A stretch of 64,000 nucleotides of DNA, taken from positions 15,592,633 to 15,656,632 of the forward strand of contig OZ037769.1 in NCBI GenBank assembly GCA_964035545.1, in the 5' to 3' direction. The translations under genes were made by a program, and so were the position numbers. This document shows, one piece after another, positions 36,858 to 47,980 of the stretch (the stretch's first letter is position 1; each line of letters opens with the position of its first letter). The notes under the pieces are model-generated. The model saw only the letters and a program-made list of their open reading frames with translations. It did no database searches and was not told the DNA's origin. The stretch is from Bugula neritina (taxonomy: Eukaryota; Animalia; Bryozoa).

Positions 36858-39800
36858 GTATGCTGATTGTCAATCTAGTTGGAGTTCCAGCAAAGTAAAG
36901 TGCTCGATATCACGGGTGACAGAGCTAATATAATGTAGTGTGTTCAGATTGTTAATGATACATATATATTTTATTTAAAAAATCTTACACGACTATATAG
37001 TTTCGTGCAGTAAACTGCACTCCTCAGGTGTTAGACTAAAAATAAATAAAATCTATGAAGCATACCGATTATTCAAATTTTTACATAAAGAAAATTATCA
37101 TGCTAAACACAACGTAAAACGAAATGCAAACATAGTAGTGGATTTGGTGTTATCTATTAATTAATTAAATTGCTTTTTTTTCTAAAGGATTAAACTATAA
37201 AAGCTAGATGTTTGATGGAAAGGCTAATTTATAATAGGTAGTACTATGGTTGAGAGTTGTTAGTATTGTTATGTGATGTTGCCCAGGTAGTGCTTACGTG
37301 CATGTCTGCATGTGGATAGAATTTCATTTCTGTTATTAAGGGAAGATTTGCTGGGCTGGTATATTATGAAATATTTTTCCCATAGGCAGAGGTTGCATCT
37401 TTTAGTGACTTTGTTGTATGAGTTGGTCTTTTTCATAATTTTCCATGTTATGTCAAAATGGGTGTTCTTGTCTTTTAGTTTCCAGATATATTTGCTCAAT
37501 TCAGTATGGTTCTTTTTTGTTTTGTTGTTAAAAGTTGATTTGTGGTTATAAAATCTGGTTTTGAATTCTGTTTCTGATGTTCCCACGTAAGTCTGGGGTT
37601 GGCTGCCATCTTTGGTTGTAACTGTAGCTTGGTATATGATGCACTTTGTGAGGCATTTTACTGCACGAAACTATATAGTCGTGTAAGATTTTTTAAATAA
37701 AATATATATGTATCATTAACAATCTGAACACACTACATTATATATATATATATATATATACAATACAATATTGGTAGACCCACCTCTATACTGATAGACA
37801 CACCCACCTCCATACTTGATGCACCTACCCACCTCCATACTGATAGACACACCCACCTTCATACTGATTATAGACACACCCACCTCCATACTGATTATAG
37901 ACACACCCACCTCCATACTGATAGTCTCACCCACCTCACACTGATAGACACACCCACCTCCATACTGATAGACCCGCTCACCTCCATACTGATAGACACA
38001 CCCACCTCCATACTTGATACACCCACCCACCTCCATAGTTGATAGACCCGCCCACCTCTATACTTATAGACCCGCCCACCTCCATACTGATAGTCCCACC
38101 CACCTCCATACTGATAGACACACCCACCTCCATACTGATAGACACACCCACCTCCATACTGATAGACCCGCCCACCTCCATACTGATAGACCCGCCCACC
38201 TCCATACTGATAGTCCCGCCCACCTCCATACTGATAGACACACCCACCTCCATACTGATAGACACACCCACCTCCATACTGATAGACCCGCCCACCTCCA
38301 TACTGATAGACACACCCACCTCCATACTGATAGACACACCCACCTCCATACTGATAGTTGTTGACAGTCTCTGGTGGCTGGCTTCCTTTCCTTCTCTTCT
38401 TCAGTTTTCTAGAACATATTCAACACATGCATTTTCAAACTTTGATAATAATGAGTATTAATTGCTGTTTTATTGTACAAGTTATAATTATATAGTATAT
38501 AATATATATAACCATAATATGTATCTAGCAATACTATTTTTACATAATGCTTTTATCTAACAATTATACTAATTTGCTATAGAGTGTTTCTAGCTTTCTA
38601 TAGCAATACTATATGAGTATATATATAGATCTATGATCTATAACAATACTATATATATAGAGTATTTCTAACAACACTAACCTTCTATAAAGAATCACTA
38701 ACACTCCAACAATAAGTACTACACCAAGAACAGCCACACCCACAGATAGCCCTATAGTCAGAGGGGGGACACTTTCCTGGGAGCTGGCATCTACAATCAA
38801 ACAATACTTTGAAATATGTGAATACAGAATAAATTCTATGAGTACTTCATACTAATATAAGCTAGCATCAGCATTGCATACAGCAAACACTCTATTTTAT
38901 AAATACAGACTTAATTTTATGAAGTATTTTATTATAATAAATTTAAAAACATATAGAGAAATAAAACAGTGAGTGCTACGCTGATAATAGATCGCTTCAG
39001 TTCAAAAGAGGTAGTTGTGAAGTTAGCACCGCTAAACAACAGTTTTAAACGCCCACTTTTATAGCTGGGGTATAAAATTTTAAACATATCACAGCTCACC
39101 AAGTTTTGGTGTAGCAGCTGGTTCCAGTTCTGTACTCAGCCAGTCTGTTGAGACTATATCATCAGATGTAAAGTCTGGAGTGAAAGGTTCACTGGTTGTG
39201 GTTACAGGTTCGCTGGTTGTGGTTACAGGTTCACTGGTTGTGGTTACAGGTTCACTGGTTGTGGTTACATGTTCACTGTTTGTGGTTACAGGTTCACTGG
39301 TTGTGGTTACAGGTTCACTGGTTGTGATTATAGTTGTAGCATTTCGTGAGGAACAATTTGGTAGACTGTTATTTGTCATATGACTCCCTGAAATTGTCAC
39401 ATATATATTATAGATACAGAATCCTATAGTATTGGTTTTGCAATTTAGTAAAACTCAATCAACCAAGGCCGGTGTATTATTATTAAATACTTACAGTGAT
39501 ACAGGAAGTGAAATCCATATGATATATATGAATTTGGAAGCCAACTGAATGTTATGGATGATTTGAAGTTAATAGGTCCAAAGGGTATGGGGGTTTGGGG
39601 TGAAACAGAAAATAGCTGGCGGCCATCAACAGCTATGACTAGCTGAGCTCCATTTAATGATTGATTTCTATTCCAAATAAAATATAAAATCTCAAGTTTG
39701 ATTTTGGAGTTACAAGGATTATGTAGTGTCAGTGAGTAGTTGTAATGATGTCCTAACAAAGCGTTGGGGTGTTCAGGGTGGCTAAAAATATAGCCCTCTC

Positions 39801-41326
39801 CAAATAACCTTGATGTCACCTGTGGGAGAACGTTATATGGTTGCTTAGAAATTTCCCTCTCAAGACTTCTGTAGGGTATAACTGCAAGAGAAAGATAGCA
39901 TGCAGGTAGAAATATATTATTCATATAATACATGTAGCCTCTACTGTTAAGACTATAAATTAATCTATTATTTTCATATAATACATTTTAATGTAAATTA
40001 AATTTGGCCTGTTTTTTATTATAAGCATGCATGAAGTGGGGGTTACGGTTTTTGTTCTGAACATTAATGGCAAGTGTTTTACTATTCCTCTCATAACTGA
40101 GTAAATAGCTTCATGCAGCTATTTAAATGTACTTTGAATTATAAAAGTTTCAGAATGTAAATCAACTATTAGATTGTGTATAAGCGCACCTGTTAGTTCT
40201 ATATCAAACTCAAACTTTTTCTTAGAGTGCAGAGTGATTGTAAAATTGTCTCCTTCATAATAGGCTATGGTGAAAATCTCCCCTTCATCTTTCTCGCACA
40301 GCCATGTGTAGAAACCAATGTAAATGTACGCATCAGTGCAATCTGCAACTTTTTTTCCTTGGACTTCAAACGTATTTACCGTATATTGGACGAACACAGG
40401 GTAGTCTACGTTCTTCACAGTAATCTGACAGTTTATACTATCTCCCTTCAAATTAATGACAGCTTCCGTGACATTGCTATAACTCTTCCCGGCAGCACAT
40501 TCTAGCTCTACAGTAAAGACACAACTCTACACAGCACAGCAATGTAACTGTGAGGAAAGTGAGAAAAGTGCAATAACACTGTCAATATATAACTGTGATA
40601 AAGGAGGGGAATAAAGGTATAGCAGTTGACAGCAGAATGCGGCAGCCAATGATTGCGGAAGAAGAAAATTAGTAGAATTACAATAGGAAAGTCTCCAATG
40701 TATCAAAGCTAAATTACCCTAAGTTTATAAACTAGAAGGTACACTATATAATTTAATATACCAGTAATCTAAGGGGTAAGGAAACACAAATCCTGTAACT
40801 AGTTGTTACAGTAGAGATTCAACTTTCTCCAATCTCAAATTCCGGCTTTAAAAAGTTTTTTCACTTTGGCTATTCAGGTAAAAGTTTGGGTCTACGAATC
40901 ATGAAATCATCGTTCACCAAAAATAATCACCGTGCACCACAAACTAGCAGCATGTTATATGCAATACGAAAAAACTTCACTGTCAGTTTATTAACACAGA
41001 AATATACTGTATCTATATAATCGGATTGTTCTATAAGCAGCGTTGAGTTAAGAGTGAATAAGTGCAGTATAGTTTGGACTTTGCAAGTTTAGAGTTAGGG
41101 GACCTCTAACTTGGCGCTGCTTATAGAACCACGCTATATACTCAGACTAACAGCTCATGGCATGCAAAGCAGACCCCAAGTCTTCAATACTAAAATGGAC
41201 TGAAGGATTACATTACATATTGGGGCTTGTAGTATAATATATATTTACTATACCTGTCTCTCCTCTAACTGTAGTCTGAAGTAAGCTGATCCATAGTCCT
41301 AGAACAACATACAAGAAGATGACCAT
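35446..41326 (-). CDS. Receptor 2: type I membrane protein with two divergent CUB-like domains, TTSEPV mucin stalk, TM and acidic Tyr-rich tail (~651 aa); exons 41326-41254, 40507-40190, 39881-39495, 39387-39100, 38790-38682, 38408-38344, 36161-35446
   Basis: Signal peptide MVIFLYVVLGLWISLLQTTVRG. CUB-like C..NCQITV..FEV..DCTDAYIYI..LCE..FTITLH and EGYIFSHPEHPN..YSLTL..IKLEI..GFHFLY. TM IGLSVGVAVLGVVLIVGVLVILY followed by RRKLKKRRK. ~260 aa tail with 21 Tyr. GT-AG junctions; 1956 nt in frame. Confidence 0.85.
36803..36855. repeat. (TA)n microsatellite
   Basis: Direct observation; flanks the Penelope-like insertion. Confidence 0.95.
36928..37743 (-). mobile_element. 5'-truncated Penelope-like retroelement: GIY-YIG endonuclease C-terminus (37269-~37658), 3' tail and 87-bp inverted terminal repeat
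   Basis: Translation CLTKCIIYQATV..QTYVGTSETEFKTRFYNHKSTF..HTELSKYIWKLK..CNLCLWEKYFII..LNNRNEILSTCRH is typical of the PLE GIY-YIG domain. 36928-37014 is the reverse complement of 37657-37743. Confidence 0.9.
36983..37035 (-). ncRNA. Minimal type I hammerhead ribozyme in the Penelope-like element tail
   Basis: Minus strand reads UCUAACAC-CUGAGGA-GUGCAG(UUUA)CUGCAC-GAAA-CUAUAUAG-UC^GUGUAAGA: intact core, 6-bp stem II, palindromic short stem III, 7 of 8 bp in stem I. Confidence 0.85.
37775..38357 (-). repeat. 24-bp VNTR (CTATCAGTATGGAGGTGGGYGKGT), ~24 copies, spanning the exon 6/intron 6 boundary of receptor 2
   Basis: Thirteen exact-length units from 38357 to ~38040, then degenerate 23-27 bp units. 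Confidence 0.95.
39186..39325 (-). repeat. Coding 21-bp repeat (TTSEPVT) in the receptor 2 stalk exon
   Basis: About 6.5 copies of ACAACCAGTGAACCTGTAACC. Confidence 0.9.
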
Positions 41327-41636
41327 GTTGACACTGCATACACGTCCCCAGGTGCTGTTCCGTCACTCAGGAAGTAGGTGTGAGAATGAGGCAACGAGCG
41401 AGCGAAGCACATGATTATTAGAGTCAAGGCTATTCAGAATTGAGTAAATTGTGAACAATAGGGTATATTCACATTGTTCATTATTCTATTTATGTATCTT
41501 TTCTATTCACTCCTATTAAATAACTTAGTATTGACATAAACTACTTTCCCTGTATGTATGTAGGTTTACTTTTACATTCCAAGTTTGAATATCATGTATT
41601 ACAGAGCTTAGCTTAACGATCTGAAGCATTATATAA

Positions 41637-42008
41637 TATGCTATAATATGCAGTGCTATAATATGCAGTGCTATAATATGCAGTGCTATAATGTGCAGTG
41701 CTACAATATGCAGTGCTACAATATGCAGTGCTACAATATGCAGTGCTACAATATGCAGTGCTACAATATGCAGTGCTACAATATGCAGTGCTATAATATG
41801 CAGTGCTACAATACGCAGTGCTATACCATGCAGTGCTATAATACGCAGTGCTATACCATGCAGTGCTATACCATGCAGTGCTATAATACGCAGTGCTATA
41901 CCATGCAGTGCTATACCATGCAGTGCTATACCATGCAGTGCTATAGTATGCAGTGCTATACCATGTAGTGCTATAATAGGCAGAGCTATAATGTGCAGTG
42001 CTATAATA
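41637..42008. repeat. Minisatellite, 15-bp unit (TATGCAGTGCTAYAA / CATGCAGTGCTATAC), ~24 copies
   Basis: Visible tandem array ~300 bp upstream of the receptor 2 ATG. Confidence 0.95.
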
Positions 42009-43026
42009 GTGAAAAGAATAAACAGTAATAATTATGGTATCAAAACAGATAGTTGCAGCTGAGTTTGCTAATTGCAAGTTGACCACCTAAAACTATACAG
42101 CTAATCTAATTGTCTGCAATGATTCGAAGTTGCGCTCTCTTAGAACAAAACTTGTAATAATGAGAGAGTAACTCCAATTTATAAATGTTTTACTTCACAT
42201 TGGACCATAAAAGTATGAAACTTTCAGAGATTATTTTCATATATATTAAAGTGACGTCACATCGTTTGTGAAGACGACTAGTGAGAAGGCACATGAGAAA
42301 TAACTCCCTAAAACTCTTGAGCAGATTTCACCATTGTAGAAGGAATTATTCTACAACTTAAAACAGAAAGGGAAGCTCTATAATTGAAATTTGAAACTTT
42401 CCTAGAACTTGATTCTAACATCTATAGGACATGTTTGATGTGTTGCTTCACACTAGTATAATATAGCCCAATTACTATTTGGAAATTAAAATTAGTTGTA
42501 GGTATGATGAAATTTTTTTTTAATAGCTATTTAAGAATGCAGCTTGTATGCTTTAACATTATAATATGCTCAATTATAAATGCGATGCCCTCACATTATT
42601 TACAGTTGAGATTGGTGTTTAGGGTATATAATAATACTTCTGGCAAAGTTAAGTCTGGCCTAGTAGTAGGGTTTGAATTTACAAACTTAGCTATAAGTGT
42701 GTTATGCAAGGCAAGTGTTCCTATAAGTTTCTGTCTTATTATATCCACTCCTCACTGTAATCACTATATGACAAAACTCTAATTAGCTTGTAGCACAGGA
42801 TGGTACATCTATAGACATAAATGAGGACATTATTAGCATTTGAATTATCCCTAGAGCACCTCATTGGGCCTCTTTACCACTTCAAACTCCAAAAGTTCTC
42901 TTTGTTATTATATAGAAACTACTTTTCTAATGAATTCCTTCAATTCTCTACTCTTCGATTCAAGACAAAGAGTTATTATCCTTCACTATTTTAATTAATA
43001 TAGTTTTTATTTGTATTAGGCATACT

Positions 43027-43106
43027 ATATATAATATAATATATATATATATACACACATATATATCAAAATATATATTAAATATATACTTAATATGTAT
43101 ATATAT

Positions 43107-43175
<69 letters not shown>

Positions 43176-43193
43176 TTATATAGTGTATATATA

Positions 43194-43259
<66 letters not shown>

Positions 43260-43300
43260 TATATAGTGTATATATCATGTATATATTTAATGTATATATA
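43027..43300. repeat. (TA)n-rich microsatellite
   Basis: Direct observation. Confidence 0.95.
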
Positions 43301-44283
43301 CATATGTATCTACATTATATACATACTATATAAATCAGATGACTAATTATGTCCCAACAGGTATTCTTAAATAGCTATTCTCTATAACTTTCTGCAATAT
43401 GATTGGCTCCCTCTGCATACCGAGGAAGAAGGAAATGGTCAGACAAGTCAAGCAATCAGACTGAAGACTCCGGGACAAATCATCTCCACCTTTTGGCATC
43501 GTCTTTTGAGGTTGACATTCTAATTAGATATTTTATAACAACCAGGTATTTGTAACAATCAGGTATTTGTAAAAAGAAATTGAAACTGAAAGTTACCTTT
43601 TTAAATCAGTTTTAGGAAATATGTGCTTCAAATACATTAATTCGTTTTTTATATTTTTCCAATAAATGAAATACATAATATTATATGTTTTGGGTACAAC
43701 TTTTAAAGAGCTATAAGTTTTTATCTCAAACAGAAATTTTTTGTTTCTAAAAATAAATTCAACTTCTGATATCAAGTAAACTGAAATAAAATGATAGCTT
43801 TAAATTACTCAATAGATGGAAAAATATAGCATGCCTTATTGGAGTCTATTTCAAGAACACGCCTTGTGTGTCACGATTGATCCAATTTTATTATAAAAAC
43901 CTAGGCATTCCTTGACAGGTGCTACGGACATGCACATATTGATTATCATTTTGAAAAGTATCTCTCTTGGCATGTTGAGTCAATTTGCATACATTACTTA
44001 GAAATAAGGAAATGTAATTATCTATTATTAACAGCTTCTTCACTGCAAAAACTTGACTTGCATTGCCTAAGTTCTTTTTCTATAAACCTAAAAGCTTCAG
44101 GCTTTAGATAGGGAGCCTGTGTTACTCACCCTTTCTTGGTATTGGAAACAGTGAGATGGTTGCAAATAGTAGATTTGAGCAGTGAAATTGTAATATTTTA
44201 AAAGCTGTCCCTATGTCTTTATTATAATTTATTTAATAAACAAATATTACTTCATAAAAACCTATAAGCTGTACTTGTAAAAC

Positions 44284-44367
44284 TTTTGCCTCTACTGGGA
44301 TTCGAACCCGAGACCACTGGCTTGCAAGCTAACCGTTAACCACTAACCATTACACCACAGAGGCTAC
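44284..44367 (-). mobile_element. tRNA-derived SINE-like monomer, same family as the dimers
   Basis: Reverse complement GCCTCTGTGGTGTAATGGTTAG..GCTTGCAAGCCAGTGGTCTCGGGTTCGAATCCCAGTAGAGGCA, with A and B boxes. Confidence 0.7.
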
Positions 44368-47263
44368 GGGATTTCTAACAGTATCATAACCATTTATATA
44401 TAGAAGAAGAAAGTAAAATACTTGTGCTGATAATATCTTTGAAATACAAAAGTATGTGTTGGAATGATAATCATAATTATGTCTGTGAGTTTGGACTGAG
44501 ATTCTTGAAGAAGAAATAAAATATAACAAAACCATGATTTAGTAAAACCTAAAGCCAAATAATTATGTAGTGAACGAGTAAACAGGAAAGGGTGTGGCTG
44601 CAGCGCACCGGCAGCTATCAATGTATGCTAACATGAAAAGACAACTTCATCAAAATCAAATGTTAAATGCATCATTAGCTATACACGCCTTGAATTCACA
44701 TCTTCAAAGTCACTGCAGCTGTAAAGCCACTAGATGTAAAAATGTTACTTTTTGAAGTCATATTTGGCAGTGAATGTGTGTCACATTGTAATAACAGGCT
44801 TTTCAGGGAAATATAATTTTTTAGTTGTTATAGAAACGAATTATTTTGGGCTATTAGCAAAAGTTGGTCAGAGTTGAATATTTTGAGGTGATAAATGGTT
44901 AGAAATTTAAATTTAGTAATGAATATAAATTATTGCGTTTCCTCATTTTTATTATCATCGCTTGTTAGATTTTTTTGCGAATTTTGTAGGCTAACTATGA
45001 CATAACCTACCTTATAAGGAAAATACGCCTTATTAGGAATTATTAATATTACATCTTTCTTGCATGTGATACTTTTTGTAAAATTAAAAGGTATTTTTCG
45101 CCATTATTTATAAAAACTGTTTATTTAATAAAATAAACAAGACTAATTTAAAAAAGCTAACTTAACTGCCTACAACTTATGTTTCCAATTGATTCAAATA
45201 AACTAGGCTATACCTACCTATACTTGCGTTGTTATTAGAATTAGATAGCCTTTGTCCATTCATTGGCAGCAACCTTTCATGCACGGATACTAGTAAATCC
45301 AAGCTTTCAAATCACACTTATAGTTTCAGCTTGAAATAGTTAGTTTATTTCAGTGTTTTATTTGTATTGTTGTTATTTGATATTTTCTTTTATTTTGTTT
45401 CTTGTGTGATTTTATCATGTATTTTCTTGGCAATTAATATTTAATTGTATATGCTGAAATAACAGTACAGTGATGAAATACCTTTTCACTTTTCTAATTG
45501 CGATAAAATAAAGCAAAAATTATATCAAATGTTTTAATCTCAATTGCATCTATTTTTAAGTAATTTCAAAATCCTGCTTCGTAATTAACCAGGAAACCGT
45601 GACACATCTTATCATGTTTTATCAGCTTATAACTGTATTCGTTCAACTTTCTATAACGACAACGAAGATAACATAAAACTAACTCTGAATGTACAAATAG
45701 TTTGATGACATACACAACCATAAGTAAAATGAAGACAGAAAATATAATGAAATTAAAAACTTGAAACATAGTAAAAAATATAAAATCAGTATGTAAATAA
45801 AAAATACCTGTCAAGCAGGTTTTTTGGAGCTATAGTTAAGTTATAACCTGTCAATAATAATCGATAGGAATATCAATAATTAATGCATTTTGTCAACAAA
45901 ATTGGCTAAACTTCTAACCTATAGCTATAAATCTGCTTCCATGTCATTTAAATAAAGCCCAGCACAACATACTTTCTACTCCAGATTGTCAGATATAAGT
46001 TATTGCACCTCATCAGTGCTTTATCTTATCCTAGATTGCCAAGTTTCCCAGGCTATAAATAGATAGCAGATAACTCCCACTGAGTTCAGCAAACATCTTC
46101 AGTGTGAAGTTAGGTGAACTCTTTACAAGTAGTTAGCAAATAGCTGCATATAACAACTTTTACTGTTTACTGGCATAACTAATAAGTGTTAAACATGCTG
46201 ATGCTTTAATAGAATCTATGTTGATGTGTTAAGATCGTGGAAATCTAATAAAACCAACTCTTGTAGCAGTGAGTGAACTCCTATGTTAAACTCCCCTTCT
46301 TTCTAAGGTTGACTAAATAAAGGCTCAGTCTATGCGCTGTTAAGAGAGTTGATGCTGCAAGAGCTCAAACCTAAATGTGTTACTTTTTATAATAACTGCT
46401 GCTTTTTAAACTTATAATTTGGAGTTTTCTTTTCCTGCATCTCACAATGCCTTTAAAGACTCTTTCTTGTAAATTATGCTAGACTTTCATGAATATAAAT
46501 GAAAACTTTCTCTGCATATACTTTCTGATTATGCAGTATATATCCAGTGCAGCAAAATTTTCAAGTTTAAAAACATTCTTTCAACACATATGTGCAGCTA
46601 CAGCCTTCAATAGCCAATCAGAAGGCCTGTCTTATCTCCCAAGTGATTTTGTAATATACCTAACATCTATTTTCTGATAATTGAGTTCATATATTTTTAC
46701 CAGCAGCTTCAATATTTTTGTTTATTTCTCCAGGTGTATAGCAGTGCACTAATTAGACTTGGCTGGTACATTATTAGTCAGCCTGCATGTAAAGCTTATA
46801 TAGCGTAACAGAATAGCTTTTGATATGCTAAAAATAACAGTGTGGTAAGTTGTGTATATCATCATAATAGATTACAATGGTGAGACATTAGCATGCATTT
46901 AGCTCATGTGGTGTGAATGGTACATGTGGACGTCCTGTAACTCTAAAGGGTGGAGAAAAACAGTTTCCTGTGATGTCAGAGTGACATCTTTGCACATTTA
47001 GCCTTATAATCTTTAACCTGGTCCCCAGTAAGGGGCATATATAAAACCAAACCAATGTTTACTGCTTAGACCAGCATGCAAGCTGTAGATTATCTGCTAT
47101 ATATGTTGCTTCACTATAGCTGATATTATTAGAACACATCACATGATGTAGAATGTTTTACCACTTATTCACTGTTTCCTGTGTGTAGGAGTAATTTCCT
47201 TGCAGTATGTCAGTGTAGCTTACTCAATTTTTTATATGCTGATTTGGAATTTATTTATGATTT

Positions 47264-47507
47264 CAGGTAAAAATGGCACTAGTAAAAATGGCACTAGTAA
47301 AAATGGCGCAAATGGAGAAGTAAGTAAAAGTGGCACACTGATGATAAATTTTGCCAAACTCCAAACTCAAACCCCCAACTATTCTAACCTAAACCCTGAT
47401 ATTGAAATGGTGCCATTTTTACCTACTTTGCTACTTGTGCCATTATTATACCTGTGTTATTACTACCTTTGCCATTTTTACCTGTGCCATTTTTTTACCG
47501 GACACCT
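47264..47507. mobile_element. Small non-autonomous DNA transposon-like element with inverted arrays of GGTAAAAATGGCAC
   Basis: Motif repeated in forward orientation at the left and as GTGCCATTTTTACC at the right, around a TAACCTAAACCC core. Confidence 0.6.
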
Positions 47508-47980
47508 TTATTTACAGCCGAATAAATTGCATTGAATATATTAAATATATAAAACAATATAGTGTAATATACTGTGGAATACAGTATAAGATAGTATATA
47601 ATACAGATATAAAATAGTATAATACAGTATAATATAGTGTAATATACAACATAAGATAGCGTAATATAATGCAATATATTGTAATAGAGTGTTCAGGGCA
47701 AGATTTTGGGAAGCAAATATAAATAGATACTGTGGAATGGCTAAGCTATTCCTTAACTACTGTTTAATGTTAATTAGGCAATAATTTTGGCAACCAGGTG
47801 CCTATTTTACCAAAATATTGATTGCTATATTTAGAAATAGAAAGCCTCTTTCATTCTCCAACTGCAATTATATTCACTTTGATACAGAATCTGTATGTTT
47901 CATTTTCCAGCTACACAGTGCACATGTACTACTATATAGCCATCTCTGCATTTAAAATTGATTGATTCTGCATGATTACT

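Noticed and set aside
37716-38461. 24-bp array as a CRISPR array or an independent repeat-protein gene (MEVGVSIS, HLHTDR, IDTPTSIL ORFs)
   Set aside because: There are no unique spacers and the context is eukaryotic; the listed ORFs are off-frame readings of the VNTR.
41613-42086. YSTAY / MQCYN / CSATI pentapeptide ORFs
   Set aside because: Translation of a 15-bp minisatellite that is open in several frames, with no gene context.
29401-43303. IY-repeat ORFs at 29401-29625 and 43025-43303
   Set aside because: Translations of (TA)n microsatellites.
46051-46850. TATAAA followed by possible short exons (acceptor ~46733, donor ~46845)
   Set aside because: Stops occur in all frames and such motifs arise by chance in AT-rich DNA; unsupported without RNA data.
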